A stretch of 64,000 nucleotides of DNA from the IMG/VR virus record IMGVR_UViG_3300044655_001017. One strand, written 5' to 3'. The notes under the pieces are model-generated. The model worked only from the letters and a program-made list of their open reading frames with translations, made no database searches and was not told the DNA's origin. This stretch comes from a virus. Taxonomy: Duplodnaviria; Caudoviricetes. This document shows positions 31,094 to 43,300 of the stretch, one piece after another. Both the position numbers and the translations under genes were made by a program. The number at the start of each line of letters is the position of its first letter. Position 1 is the stretch's first letter.

Positions 31094-34000
31094 ATGACTA
31101 CTATATTTCCAGCTCCAGGAACAATTACTTCAAATAATTCATATATCGTTAATTGGTACATCTACGATAAACAAGCACTGCAACATCCATTATTAGTTAA
31201 ACAACGAACTGATGTATTTGCAGAAGTTACTGATAACACCGATATAAACAACTTAGAATTATATCAAAGTAATATTTACGGCAGTATTACAACTACCGTT
31301 GTTAATCAAACTCAACAATATTCTACAGTAAACACAAATATTGCCGAATGGTATGCGTTTGAAAAAAACGTAGTAACTTACACTACTAATCAAGCAACTA
31401 CTATTACATTATACTTTGTTAATCAATTGCAACATGTTATTCTATTTAAGGCAGGTAGCAATGTTCGAGTTTCCAGTCCACAGTCTGGATATACAAAGAT
31501 TTTCACAGTATTATCTAGTAACTCTTATTCAATTACTATCAACTTTGATGTTATTCCGCCACATAGATTAATAATTGATAATATTTTTGAAACAGTGTAT
31601 TATCAAAACAGATTTTCAATTGAATCAAATTTAGGAAGCATTCATCGAGAAAATTTAAATCGATCGTTTATGGCTCCTTCACAATTTCCAAGTATTCAAA
31701 TACCAATTAGTGAAAATATTAAATCAGCTGATAGCGTAAACCGATTAACTGTTGGTAAACAAACTGCTATGGCTGTGTATAAAGGTATAACTACTAATCA
31801 CACAGTTGACAGAGTAACTAAATTAAAGACAGACATTCGAGAAGTTATTCCTCCAGCTGTGCCAGTTACCCTTTCAACTTATATTAGCGATATATCTGGA
31901 CAATATTCATTTGATATTAGTTCGCAAACTCCGCAATATGTAACTGTTGATACATCAACAGTTAGTTGGTACATATATGATACTGATAAAATATCATACA
32001 CAACTAGATTAAACTCAACATTAACGTTATATTTTAACAATCCAGTATACTATCAATTCGTACCGTTTCCAACTGGAAGTACAGTTCGTATAAGAAATAA
32101 ATTTTCACAATACTCAAATACATTTGTTGTATTAAAAGGTGCCGGATATTATGTTACTATTGAATACACAGAAATTGAATCAGATGGTGCAATAATCGAT
32201 AATATGTACGAAACTGTATTTTATCAATCAAGAACGCTAGCAGAACTTAGCACTGCTAGTAATCCGAGAAAAAATCTAGTATTCTCGTTAACTCCTGCAA
32301 TTTCACCTAGTATTAAACTACCAATTGTTGAGAAATTTGCATCGGCTGACAACTCTAGTCAATTATTAACAGTAATAGGTAAGCAATCTTCAGTTTCTAT
32401 ATTTAAAGGAGTAACTACTAATCATACTATTGATAAAATTACTAACTTAAGAACTGATATTCGATCAGTTACGCCAACTGTACAATCAACTAGATTAGAA
32501 ACATACGAAAGTAGTAGTTACGGTGAATTTAAATTTAATATTATATCCCAAACTCCTAAATTTGTAACTGTAAATACATCAGTTGTAGATTGGTATATTA
32601 ACGGCAGTGATATTTTATCATATACCACTAGTATGTTATTAACAACAACTGTGTATTTTAATAATCCAGCTTACAATCATGTTATACCATTTAAAACAGG
32701 TACTACTATTCGAATTTCAAATCATGTATACGGATTTACTAATACATTTACTGTAATTAATGGCACTAGTAATTCAGTTACTATTGATTATGCAGACTTT
32801 GATTCAGATAATGCAATAATTGATAATATTATTGAATCAGTGTTTTATCAATCAAGAATTGTTAGTGAGTACCCTAGTGCTAGTGTTTCTAGAAAAAATA
32901 TGTTAGCATCGATAGTTGCTCCTGTAGCTGCGCCAAGTATCCAAATACCAACAAAAGAATATATTAAAACTGTTGTCAGTAAGTTAACATCTGATAATTT
33001 AGAAAAACCAATTTCAGTAATGAAAGAAGTTTACTCGCCTGTTAAAGCCGACCCTGTTAATAAAGTAAAATTTGCTACTGCTGAAATTAAAACAACTGTA
33101 ATTTCTGATAATTTAGAAAAACACATTGCGCCAGTAACTGGAGAATATATATTTCCGGTAATTTCTCGCAACGTAGATTATGAAACATATAACACATCAA
33201 TTGTTGATTCGTATTTGTTTGATAATGACATTATTACTACTTCTGTTAGACAACTGTCATATATTACAATGTATTTTAGCACGCCGTATTATCAACAGTT
33301 TATTCCATTTCCAACTAACAGCACTGTACGCATTTCAAATAAACGATGGTTCTCAGAAACATTTACAGTCTTAAATGGTACTACTGATTCAATTACAATT
33401 TTAATGAAACTAGACATGCCGTTTGACTTGTACATTGATAACATTGTTGAAACGGTGTATAATCAAGATCATACTTATACTACAATTAGCACTGCAAGCG
33501 ATTCTCGTAAAAAATTATTTTATTCAGTAATGTTGCCAAGCATGTTTAATTTTCCAATTGGTACAGTTAGTTCGTCTGTATCTGATAGTATAGTAGAATC
33601 TGGTAATTTAGCAAAACAACTATTAGTGTTATCAACAGTTAATACAGACTTATCATCTGCAGCTATTAGCAAACAGCTATTTAACTTAACAACTGATACT
33701 TCTAATATATCATCTGCAATAGTTGATACATTTAAAGTTATTAGTGATTTAATTGACACGTCTGTTGATCAGTCTCGATCATTAACTCATTACGATTTAT
33801 TGGTTGATGGAGTATCTGTATATGTATCAGGACAACCTATTAATTACAATGTACCCGATTGGTATATTAAAGATCTTGATAACAGATTTATCGGAGTTTT
33901 AAATACACCTAGCGAAACAACCACTCTAAGATTCTATCATGATAATATCTGGAAATTATTCTTAGAAAATCAATATGTAAGAATTACGCAACCTGCATCA

Positions 34001-36187
34001 AATTTTAGTCAAGACATATTAGTTACTTCTGCTACACTTTTTAGTATTACATTCGACACAGTTGCTGGGTTCCCTACTAACTATACTGGTATGACTATAA
34101 ATCATTTATATTCGCCAATATATGCACAGTCGTTAGTTGACGTACCTATTAATCCTGAAACACTACTCTTACCAAGAGAAAACTTAGCTGCTGCATCAAA
34201 TATACCATTTACGTCAATGTTCCCAATTGGTAAATTAGTTTATAATTCTAGAGGAACAACTAGTTTTGTTACCATTACTACTGATATGACATCGGTTGGA
34301 TTACCTACTACATCATCGATACTTAATTCGTTTGATACCGTTCAATCCGGGCTTTCACTATACGTATCAGGACAACCTATTAATTATAATGTACCCAATT
34401 GGTATATTAAGGATCTTGATAACAGATTAACTGGTATTGCAGATCCGATCGAGCCAACGACTACTTTGATGTTTACAAATACAGATGTGTTGTGCCCATT
34501 CTTAGAAAATCAATATGTAAGAATTACTCAACCCTCTGCAGGTTTTACACAAGATGTATTAGTAGTATCAAATACTCAATCAAGCATTACGTTTAACAGT
34601 GTACTAGGATTTCCAACTAATTATACAGGAATGACTATTAATCAGTTATATTCTTCAGTATATCACCAGGCTCTAGTAGATAATGAAATTACGCCATTAA
34701 TAAATCCAACTAATTTAACATTACCTAGAGAAAATTTAGCTGCTTCGAAAAATACTGGATTTATATCGTTATTCCCAATTAGTAAATTAATTTATAATAA
34801 TAGAGGAACTTATGCAATTAGTCCAAATGTGCCAACTGTGTCATCAAGTTCAGTTGCAGTTCCGTATTCATTAACTCCTTATGATACTACTCCAGACGGA
34901 GTAACTGTATACGTAATTGGACAGCCATTAATCTATAATGTTGTTGAATGGTATCTTAAAGACGTTGACAATAGATTAATAGCATCACCTGTAACAAATA
35001 GCACAACTACATTAACATTTAGTAACACTACTCCAATACCATTATTTACTGCCGGATATAATGTAAGAATTAAACAAGGAGATGTAAACTTTGTCCAAGA
35101 CGTGCTTGTTACGTCTGCTAATATGTACAGTATTACGTTTGATTCAATTGTAGGATTCCCAACTAATTATACTGGTATGACTATTAGTAGATTATACTCA
35201 CCTATTTCAGAACAATCTGTTGTTAATGCTCAATACGCAAATTTAATAAGGCCGACTGATTTAACTACTGCTCAACAAAATTTAGCAGCAAGTTTACTTA
35301 AACCTAATTTCCGTGGTTCTCAAATTATATTCGGTGGTATAGAACGCTTTAGCAATTTTGCAATCGATAACGATATTAGTGGAAAATTAGAATTATTTAA
35401 TGATACAAAAATACCAGGTGATTTCGATCTTGCAATTACATCGTCGACGTTAACTTCGTATACTACTAACACTCAGACTAGCGATTGGTATAATTTTGAT
35501 GAGCTAATATTATCGTACGATACTATAACTACAGATTATATAACTTTAAGATTTAACGATTTATCATTTGTGCCATTTCCAACTAACACCACAGTTAAAA
35601 TTATTTCAAATAATCAAACTTTCTTTACAACTGTAGTTAATGGCACATCTTCATCTGTAGTAGTTGAGCATTATGGAAATATAATACTTGAGAATACACG
35701 AATTCAACGAATAGTGTCATCGGTATATCCTCAAGATTTTGTATCAACTACAGTTGCACCAGTATTGCCAAGAGAAAACTTGTATTACATGAGATTACGG
35801 TCATCAACTTCGTTAAATGCATATTTCCAACAGCCTAGTGCAGTTACTACAGTGTCAGTACTAGATAAACAGATCACATCACTCAAAGGTGATTCTAGAC
35901 TAAACAATCAGCAAGGTACTGTAAACAAGTTACAGGTTAATAATATAAACGTAATTACAGATAAGAACTCTGCTAGTGCGTTATCTAATATAACTGTATT
36001 AAAACCAGTCACTGTGGATTTATCGATGCTATCATTGAAGTATCTACCTACAGTAGTTGGAGAAAAGAATGTCCAAAGAACCGGTATAGTAGATAAATTC
36101 TTAGTAAATCGTATTTCTGAAATTGGAAGAGAAACCGTGTTAACAGTAACTAGTACTAAAATTTCACCTATTCAATTTTGGAATTAA
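31094..36187 (+). CDS. Large modular virion protein (about 1700 aa) with internal repeats
   Basis: TAAATA at 31083; repeats ending in PRENL/PRKNL; three GQPxxYNVxxWYxKDxDNR...GFPTNYTGMTI copies. Confidence 0.7.
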   Translation: MTTIFPAPGTITSNNSYIVNWYIYDKQALQHPLLVKQRTDVFAEVTDNTDINNLELYQSNIYGSITTTVVNQTQQYSTVNTNIAEWYAFEKNVVTYTTNQATTITLYFVNQLQHVILFKAGSNVRVSSPQSGYTKIFTVLSSNSYSITINFDVIPPHRLIIDNIFETVYYQNRFSIESNLGSIHRENLNRSFMAPSQFPSIQIPISENIKSADSVNRLTVGKQTAMAVYKGITTNHTVDRVTKLKTDIREVIPPAVPVTLSTYISDISGQYSFDISSQTPQYVTVDTSTVSWYIYDTDKISYTTRLNSTLTLYFNNPVYYQFVPFPTGSTVRIRNKFSQYSNTFVVLKGAGYYVTIEYTEIESDGAIIDNMYETVFYQSRTLAELSTASNPRKNLVFSLTPAISPSIKLPIVEKFASADNSSQLLTVIGKQSSVSIFKGVTTNHTIDKITNLRTDIRSVTPTVQSTRLETYESSSYGEFKFNIISQTPKFVTVNTSVVDWYINGSDILSYTTSMLLTTTVYFNNPAYNHVIPFKTGTTIRISNHVYGFTNTFTVINGTSNSVTIDYADFDSDNAIIDNIIESVFYQSRIVSEYPSASVSRKNMLASIVAPVAAPSIQIPTKEYIKTVVSKLTSDNLEKPISVMKEVYSPVKADPVNKVKFATAEIKTTVISDNLEKHIAPVTGEYIFPVISRNVDYETYNTSIVDSYLFDNDIITTSVRQLSYITMYFSTPYYQQFIPFPTNSTVRISNKRWFSETFTVLNGTTDSITILMKLDMPFDLYIDNIVETVYNQDHTYTTISTASDSRKKLFYSVMLPSMFNFPIGTVSSSVSDSIVESGNLAKQLLVLSTVNTDLSSAAISKQLFNLTTDTSNISSAIVDTFKVISDLIDTSVDQSRSLTHYDLLVDGVSVYVSGQPINYNVPDWYIKDLDNRFIGVLNTPSETTTLRFYHDNIWKLFLENQYVRITQPASNFSQDILVTSATLFSITFDTVAGFPTNYTGMTINHLYSPIYAQSLVDVPINPETLLLPRENLAAASNIPFTSMFPIGKLVYNSRGTTSFVTITTDMTSVGLPTTSSILNSFDTVQSGLSLYVSGQPINYNVPNWYIKDLDNRLTGIADPIEPTTTLMFTNTDVLCPFLENQYVRITQPSAGFTQDVLVVSNTQSSITFNSVLGFPTNYTGMTINQLYSSVYHQALVDNEITPLINPTNLTLPRENLAASKNTGFISLFPISKLIYNNRGTYAISPNVPTVSSSSVAVPYSLTPYDTTPDGVTVYVIGQPLIYNVVEWYLKDVDNRLIASPVTNSTTTLTFSNTTPIPLFTAGYNVRIKQGDVNFVQDVLVTSANMYSITFDSIVGFPTNYTGMTISRLYSPISEQSVVNAQYANLIRPTDLTTAQQNLAASLLKPNFRGSQIIFGGIERFSNFAIDNDISGKLELFNDTKIPGDFDLAITSSTLTSYTTNTQTSDWYNFDELILSYDTITTDYITLRFNDLSFVPFPTNTTVKIISNNQTFFTTVVNGTSSSVVVEHYGNIILENTRIQRIVSSVYPQDFVSTTVAPVLPRENLYYMRLRSSTSLNAYFQQPSAVTTVSVLDKQITSLKGDSRLNNQQGTVNKLQVNNINVITDKNSASALSNITVLKPVTVDLSMLSLKYLPTVVGEKNVQRTGIVDKFLVNRISEIGRETVLTVTSTKISPIQFWN

Positions 36188-36471
36188 CTAAATACAGTAC
36201 AAAACAAATATTGAGGAAAAGATTTATGTTTAACGAATTAAATGCAGCATTTCCTGATCACAACTACTTTTATGAAGTAGTAGGTCTCACGCTAACTGAC
36301 GCGATGATGAGCTGCGCAAGACTAACTGCAGGTGATCCGCACGTTATTAATTATAACGGAAAAATTATATTTGCATCACAACAATCTATTAACACTACCG
36401 ACATTAATTGGTTACTTGATGTATATAAAGAACCAGAAGCTCCTGTATTGCCTTCTGAACCTGTCGAATAA
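36178..36471 (+). CDS. Hypothetical protein
   Basis: ORF between large structural genes; start may be ATG 36226. Confidence 0.65.
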   Translation: MELTKYSTKQILRKRFMFNELNAAFPDHNYFYEVVGLTLTDAMMSCARLTAGDPHVINYNGKIIFASQQSINTTDINWLLDVYKEPEAPVLPSEPVE

Positions 36472-36483
36472 TCGGAGAATTAC

Positions 36484-39400
36484 ATGGCAAAAAGAATTAT
36501 TTTAGAAGCTTATACGTTTAATCCATCAACAAAAGTTGTTACTGTAAACGGGAAATACTTACGTATGGAGCAAGTGATTTTAATCACTAATGTTACTAAA
36601 AGCACTGTATTATTTAATTTTGCAGATGCTAACTATAAAGCAGCAAATTGGTCTGCAACAATCGTTGACAATGTTGAAACAACTACTATTACGTTAGATG
36701 TAAGCACAACAGGAATGTCAGCATCTGATAAATTATCAATTTTAGTTGAAGAATCAAACGAATCATTCCAACCAGCTGAAGCACAAATGGATCCAGTTGG
36801 TAAATTTAGAATGAGTACTCCTCAATCACTTATCGATACTGACTTTGAATATGGTACTCAACCTACTAAGTGGGAATCACTTGCATTAATGAATAATCGC
36901 CCATCGGCATTTTATGACAATACTACACCAATAGTACCATTAACTATAGTTGCAAATGGTACTAGATTAATTACGGTGACATTGCCATTTTATGCAAGTA
37001 CTGCTACTACTGCTACTGGATCGCCAATAATTACTGGTGTCACTGCAGGGGCACCTATATTTGTCGGTATGACTGTGATGACAACTGTTAACGGTATACC
37101 GGCTGGTACTACAGTCGTAGGTATTGGTGCGGTTGCTAACTCGTTTGTGTTGTCTGCACCAGCAACTTCTGCTTCTGCAGTAACATTCTATATTGGCTAT
37201 CCAGTAACATATTCAAGTCCACTTAATATACAAGATACTACTGCAGCTGCAGCAAATGGTTGGGTTATTCCACATGTGTTAACTGTTTCAACTTCAGTTG
37301 TAACTGGTTTCTCATACTGGGCACGTACTAATGTTGCTACTGGTAATATTTTTGATTCTATGAAAACATATGTGTACGTTGGGTCTTATTATTCCGGTGC
37401 AGGGTACATGGCAGTTAACACAGCCGGAACTGAATTTACATATTCTGGCAGCCTTATTACAGTTACTACTACAAATGCACACGGGTTTGCAGTAGGGTCT
37501 GGTATATTTGTTACTAATATAACTGCATCAACTAACCCGCCAATTGGATCATGGTTTGTAAAATCTGTAATTACATCAAATCAATTTACATTTGATGCAG
37601 TAAATACACCAACTGGTACAATTACTCCAACTCAGCTTACTCTTACTGGTACTGCTGCTACTGCAGGTGCTGGTTTAACTGTGAACGTGTTATCAGTTAA
37701 TAACGGAACAGTTACAAGTGTATCTGTATCAGCACTTGGATCTAACTATGTAGTCGGTGATATGGTAACATTAAATGCTGCAGGCAGTGCTAACTGTATT
37801 TTAAAAATATTAGCAGTAACACCGTTTGGTGCAGCAACTGTCGGTCAGGTTCTACAACTTGGTATCTATCAGCCTGGGACTAGTTATTCTGTAGTATCAG
37901 CAACTGGAACATTACTTGGGTTCAACTGTTCGTCATTATATGCACATACTTGGGGTTCGTCAATTCATAGACCATTTGACGGGGGTGTTTCATTTACTGC
38001 AGGACTTCCATATCACGGTAATCAATTAGTTCGTCAAACACGTCGTTATTTTAGATACCAATCTGGTAAAGGTATACAGTTTGCAACAGGGTCAAATCTC
38101 TGTTCACCATTTATTGTTGACAATGTTTCAATTAGTGGTACTACTGTTACCGTAACTACTAAATTTGGTCATAACGTGTATATTGGTGCTGCAATTAAAG
38201 TATCTGGTGCAGATTTAGCAGCATTAAATGGTACTGGTGTATCAGGCGGAGCAACACATGTAATTATTGCATCACCTGCTCCTACAGAAACTACGTTTTC
38301 TTTTACTATTGGATCAAACTTAGGTACTGTTGCTAGTGCTGCTGGTAATATTACTGTTCAACCAATTAGATGGTACGGTGCAAGTGTAAGATTAGGAATG
38401 TTTGATTCGCAGAATGGATTCTTTTTCCAGTACGATGGACAAGAAGTATCTGCAATTCGTAGATCAAGTACACTGCAATTAGCAGGGTATATTAGCCAAT
38501 TAGGACAAGGTGGACAAACTGTTACAGGTATTGGAACAAGATGGTCGTCTCAGTTAATTACAAACGATTATATTGTAATTAGAGGTCAATCTCATACAAT
38601 CATTAGTATTGAATCCGATACGCAAATGACCATTTTTCCTGATTACAAAGGATTAGCAATTATTCCACCAGCACAGTGTATTATCAGTAAAACAGTCGAT
38701 TTAAAAATTCCACAAAGTGCTTGGAATATTGACAAATGCGACGGTACAGGTGCAAGCGGATTTAACTTAGATGTTTCTAAAATGCAAATGTGGATGATTG
38801 ATTACGCATGGTACGGTGCAGGTGCAATTCGTTGGGGCTTTAAAAATCAACGTGGTGAAGTTATGTATGTTCATCGGTTAGCACACGGGAATGCGCAAAC
38901 TGAAGCATACATGAGAAGTGGTAACTTACCTGCAAGATACGAAGTTAATACAAACTATCCGTACACTACATTAGCAGCGTCAATTACTGCAAGCGATACC
39001 TCGTTAACTGTTGTAAATGCTGCTGGCTATCCAGCTGCAAATGGTTGTTTAGTGTTAACTAAACCAGGTAATGTTGGAGCTACAGTTGAATACATCAAAT
39101 ATACTACCTTAACAGGTAATGTGTTCTCTGGATTAACAAGAGGTTGTACACCAGTATCAAATCCAGTAGTTGGTCCGGGCGGATTAACTGCAGGCGGTGG
39201 TGGATCTGCGGTTGCATATACAGTGTCAGCAACTGCACCAATTGCTGTTACATTGTACTCACCACAGTCTGCCAATACAATTAGTCACTGGGGTTCTGCA
39301 GTAATTATGGATGGAAGATACGATGATGATAAATCATTAGTTTTCGTAGCTGGTATGCAAACTCCTATCATATCAATACCAGCTGGTGGTACACAACCGT

Positions 39401-39906
39401 TAATTAGTATTCGTATCTCACCAAGTGTTGACAACGGTATTACTGGGTTGTTAGGACAACGAGAAATTGTTAACAAAATGCAGTTAATTATGCGTAGTAT
39501 GGCTGTATTGTCTAGTGCTACCAGTTCATTGTTAATTACCTTGAGATTGAACGGATATATAATGCAAGGTACCGGTACTACATTACCTGCATTTGGTCCT
39601 GCAGGTGGTTCTAGTTTAGCGCAAGTATGTTATCATGCACAAGGTAATCAAGTGTTTGCAGGTGAAACTGTATTTGGTTTTTATCCAAATGGTACTACTG
39701 GTGGTGTAACTGTACAGGATTTATCACAAGTAAGAGATATCGGTAATAGCATTCAAGGCGGTGGAAATACGTTAACTGTTCCAATGTCTGCTAACAACAA
39801 ATACCCAGATGGTCCGGACATTATTACAGCTTGCGTAACCAATCTTTCAGCATCTGCTACAGTAGGTGTTATTGCACGTATTAACTGGACAGAAGCACAA
39901 GCATAG
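36484..39906 (+). CDS. Putative tail fibre/virion protein (1140 aa)
   Basis: YTFNPSTKVVT N-terminus, Thr/Gly-rich Ig-like modules, domain shared with ORF 6144. Confidence 0.7.
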   Translation: MAKRIILEAYTFNPSTKVVTVNGKYLRMEQVILITNVTKSTVLFNFADANYKAANWSATIVDNVETTTITLDVSTTGMSASDKLSILVEESNESFQPAEAQMDPVGKFRMSTPQSLIDTDFEYGTQPTKWESLALMNNRPSAFYDNTTPIVPLTIVANGTRLITVTLPFYASTATTATGSPIITGVTAGAPIFVGMTVMTTVNGIPAGTTVVGIGAVANSFVLSAPATSASAVTFYIGYPVTYSSPLNIQDTTAAAANGWVIPHVLTVSTSVVTGFSYWARTNVATGNIFDSMKTYVYVGSYYSGAGYMAVNTAGTEFTYSGSLITVTTTNAHGFAVGSGIFVTNITASTNPPIGSWFVKSVITSNQFTFDAVNTPTGTITPTQLTLTGTAATAGAGLTVNVLSVNNGTVTSVSVSALGSNYVVGDMVTLNAAGSANCILKILAVTPFGAATVGQVLQLGIYQPGTSYSVVSATGTLLGFNCSSLYAHTWGSSIHRPFDGGVSFTAGLPYHGNQLVRQTRRYFRYQSGKGIQFATGSNLCSPFIVDNVSISGTTVTVTTKFGHNVYIGAAIKVSGADLAALNGTGVSGGATHVIIASPAPTETTFSFTIGSNLGTVASAAGNITVQPIRWYGASVRLGMFDSQNGFFFQYDGQEVSAIRRSSTLQLAGYISQLGQGGQTVTGIGTRWSSQLITNDYIVIRGQSHTIISIESDTQMTIFPDYKGLAIIPPAQCIISKTVDLKIPQSAWNIDKCDGTGASGFNLDVSKMQMWMIDYAWYGAGAIRWGFKNQRGEVMYVHRLAHGNAQTEAYMRSGNLPARYEVNTNYPYTTLAASITASDTSLTVVNAAGYPAANGCLVLTKPGNVGATVEYIKYTTLTGNVFSGLTRGCTPVSNPVVGPGGLTAGGGGSAVAYTVSATAPIAVTLYSPQSANTISHWGSAVIMDGRYDDDKSLVFVAGMQTPIISIPAGGTQPLISIRISPSVDNGITGLLGQREIVNKMQLIMRSMAVLSSATSSLLITLRLNGYIMQGTGTTLPAFGPAGGSSLAQVCYHAQGNQVFAGETVFGFYPNGTTGGVTVQDLSQVRDIGNSIQGGGNTLTVPMSANNKYPDGPDIITACVTNLSASATVGVIARINWTEAQA

Positions 39907-39960
39907 TTTCAATTCGTATTGATCCTCATTTTACGATAAATATTAGAATGAGGATCATTT

Positions 39961-40320
39961 ATGTCACGATTAATTATTAAAACAGGTACACTTCCAAACG
40001 ATAAAACCGGCGATAGTTTATTCGCCGCTTTTAACAAAGTTAATGCTAACTTTGAGGAATTGTACGCACTCACTGGCGGAACAACTGCCAATCTAAAAGA
40101 ACTTATACAAGACGCAATAGCAGAAATGATAGCCAACGGGACTCTCTTTGGTTTAACTGCTGCTTACGACGACCCGAATAACGCACTCGATTTATATAAC
40201 ACATTTTCAACTATTGACAGTGGATTTGCATCTACGGTGTTTACAGATATAAATTTTGATGGTGGAAACGCTACAACAGATACATTCACAGATATGCTAA
40301 TCAACGGAGGAGCCGCATAA
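39961..40320 (+). CDS. Baseplate wedge gp9/gp10-like N-terminal domain protein
   Basis: GTLPNDKTGDSLFAAFNKVNANFEELY resembles the T4 gp9/gp10 N-terminal motif; TAAATA at 39937. Confidence 0.7.
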   Translation: MSRLIIKTGTLPNDKTGDSLFAAFNKVNANFEELYALTGGTTANLKELIQDAIAEMIANGTLFGLTAAYDDPNNALDLYNTFSTIDSGFASTVFTDINFDGGNATTDTFTDMLINGGAA

Positions 40321-43300
40321 TGGCAAATAAAATACAAATAAGAAGGGATACTACTGCAAACTGGACAGCATCAAATCCTATATTAAGTCAAGGTGAACTT
40401 GGGTTAGATACTACATTAAATAAAATTAAAATAGGTAACGGTACTGCACAATGGTCTGCATTATCATTTTATACTGGAAACCCAAGTTCGTTAATTAACG
40501 GGTTGCACACAGTTAGTTTAAATTCATCAGGCGTTGTGACATTTCCTGGTAATATTGCTACAGACGGAAATCAACTTACGGGCTGGAGTGGAAATTTAGA
40601 TCTTAATATTGACGGTAGCATACAATTATCTGCAGATGCTAACTGTGCATTAACATTACAAGCTAATTCTCATCAATGGGCATTTGGAACAGATGGTGCA
40701 TTAACATTACCAAATAGCGGCGAAATATTTGATTACGCTGGAGGTGCCGGTGTTCTTGGTATACTTATTAGTAGAACTTTTCAAACTCCCAACAATGCCA
40801 ACTCTGCAAACTTTGGAACAAACACCATAAAACTAGTGCTATCAGATGTTGAGGCAGAAGAGATAAGAGAATACATATTAGCAGGTATTGGAGTAAGGGT
40901 TTGGTTCAACCAAGGCGACAGTTATCCAATTACCAGTTGTGTTCAAGTGTCTACTGGTGTATGGACCATAACAGCCTTGAACATGGGCAACAGATTTACT
41001 ACCTTTGCGGCCAGTAACACATTGATATTCATCTACACTGGCTCTACACCAAATACCTATACAAACTTTGAGGAATATGCGCCAGCGGGTGCCGGTGCTG
41101 CCGTTACTATTTTTAAAGGTGGAAACAATTGGTACTTTACCGCAGAGGGTGATCTCTCACTGCCACCTAGCGGCACTATCCGCAACAGCATGACTGGTGA
41201 CAATCTTTTAAATCCTACCAAGCTAATCAACGGTAGTCACCAGGTGGTATTAAATGTAACTGGCACATCTCCATATGTGACTTTTCCGGCAGTTAGCGGT
41301 TCAAATGTTTATATTCAAGGTAGTGAGATTGTTGCAGATGGTATTGACTTTGCAAGTGCTTTGTCGCTGACATCATTAGAGAGCTATGTAAAATTAAGTG
41401 CCAATGCCGCTACTAGTGGTCTGCGAAGAGATTGGATATTTGGTACTAATGGTAACTTAACATTACCTAAAGGTGGCAGTGTAAGTGAAACATCTAATAC
41501 TATAGCGTTTGCTCCACCTACTGCAGCTGTTGGGCAAAGTTTAGTTATTCGTCCAACTGCTGGACAATTTACTATATCAACAGATCATACAAGTGGATTT
41601 GTTCCAGGTGAATCTATAACAATAACGGTATCAACTCAATTTGGCAGCGATAGTGGTGAATTGTATTATACAATCACTGGCGCTACTACTGAACAATTAG
41701 GACGTGCAACAACTGGTACACTAACATTTAGTTCAGAGTCTACAAAAGCAGTAACTTGGACAATACCTGTACAAAGCAGTATGACTACATTTACATTTGA
41801 TCTAACTGGCGGAACTGGGTTTCCAGGACCTGGCGGAATTTATGTTGAACAGTTGCCTGAGATTACAGTTACATTAGATGGCTCAGCAAATTCTGAATTT
41901 AGTCACGTACATTTAGTAGCTGGTAATCCAACTACTGTTGACATGTATTTAGGTGATGACGACCAATATGTTAAGATTGAGAAAAATGCAGGTAATGTTG
42001 TTGTTGGAACTAATTTAAATACACATCAGTGGACATTTGGTACTAATAGTAACTTAACATTGCCTAATGCGTCTACAATATCTCCAGTATCACAAGTTGG
42101 TTACAGTTATGGACCATATGCCTCTGACATTTATAATAACACTACCGGCGGAGCGTTGTCCAGTGGAACTCAAACTGTTATTAATATAGGCGATACTGTA
42201 CATAATAATCTATTTGATCCTCCGGTTGCAACTGCTACTACTACTACCGGTACAATTGCTTCAAACGGTGATTTTGAACCAGGTACAAGCACTGGAACCT
42301 TTGACCTGCACACTGATATAATAGTTAGTGGTCAGTCGTTGGGCGACTTGCAGTATAGAGACGATGCCAACCCGGAAGCTGGATTTACACTTGCCCATCC
42401 TGTTACACCATACACTGGACCTGTAGTAACAGCGGGTACACTTATATCTGGATACTCTGGTTGGATTACTCGTACGCCAAAAACAACAACATATATCAGA
42501 TGGGCAGACGGGTCTAGATCACAAGTAACTGGAAGTAGTGTTAATCTATATCCAAATAGTCCAAATAGTGGGCTAATAACTACTGACAATGTAAGTGGAA
42601 AATCGTTCCCTGCAACGTTATATACTGCAAATTATATACCAAGTGGAACAGCAATTGGTGTCAACGGCAATGATTGGAAATTTGGCACAGATGGTAAATT
42701 AAAATTACCAGGTACGGCATACAATAATACTTCGCCAAACTATATCCATGCTAATAATGGTATCTTATTACATCCAACTCACAATACAGGCGGTACTGGT
42801 CCGGAACTGTACATTAGTTATAATGACGGTATAGTAATACAACCTATTACTAATGATTATTTCCAATCTGGAACTGCTGCAGCACCGTTATTTATTACTG
42901 GTTCAAATTTACCAAATACTAACGATTCTATAGGTAAACTTCCTGGCGATATTTATATAAACGGTGGACGTAATGTTAAAGATAACACCTACGGCAAAGT
43001 AATTGTTAACAGTGGTATAACAAGTCAATGGCAATTTAATTCAAGCGGTCAATTAACGTTCCCTGACACTACTATTCAGCATACTGCCTACAGAGAACCA
43101 GATGTAACAAATCAATTCTATGTTGATCCGTTTGCTGCAAATACTTATACCCCAACTGGAAGTATACTAAAACCATTTAGAACTATTGCTGCTGCACAAG
43201 CAGAAATAGAAGCTCGTATCACAGCTAATACATTAGTTCCAGGAGAACTTAATCCGATCTTTATTGTGTTAACTGGATCTATTACTGAAAATGTAACGTT

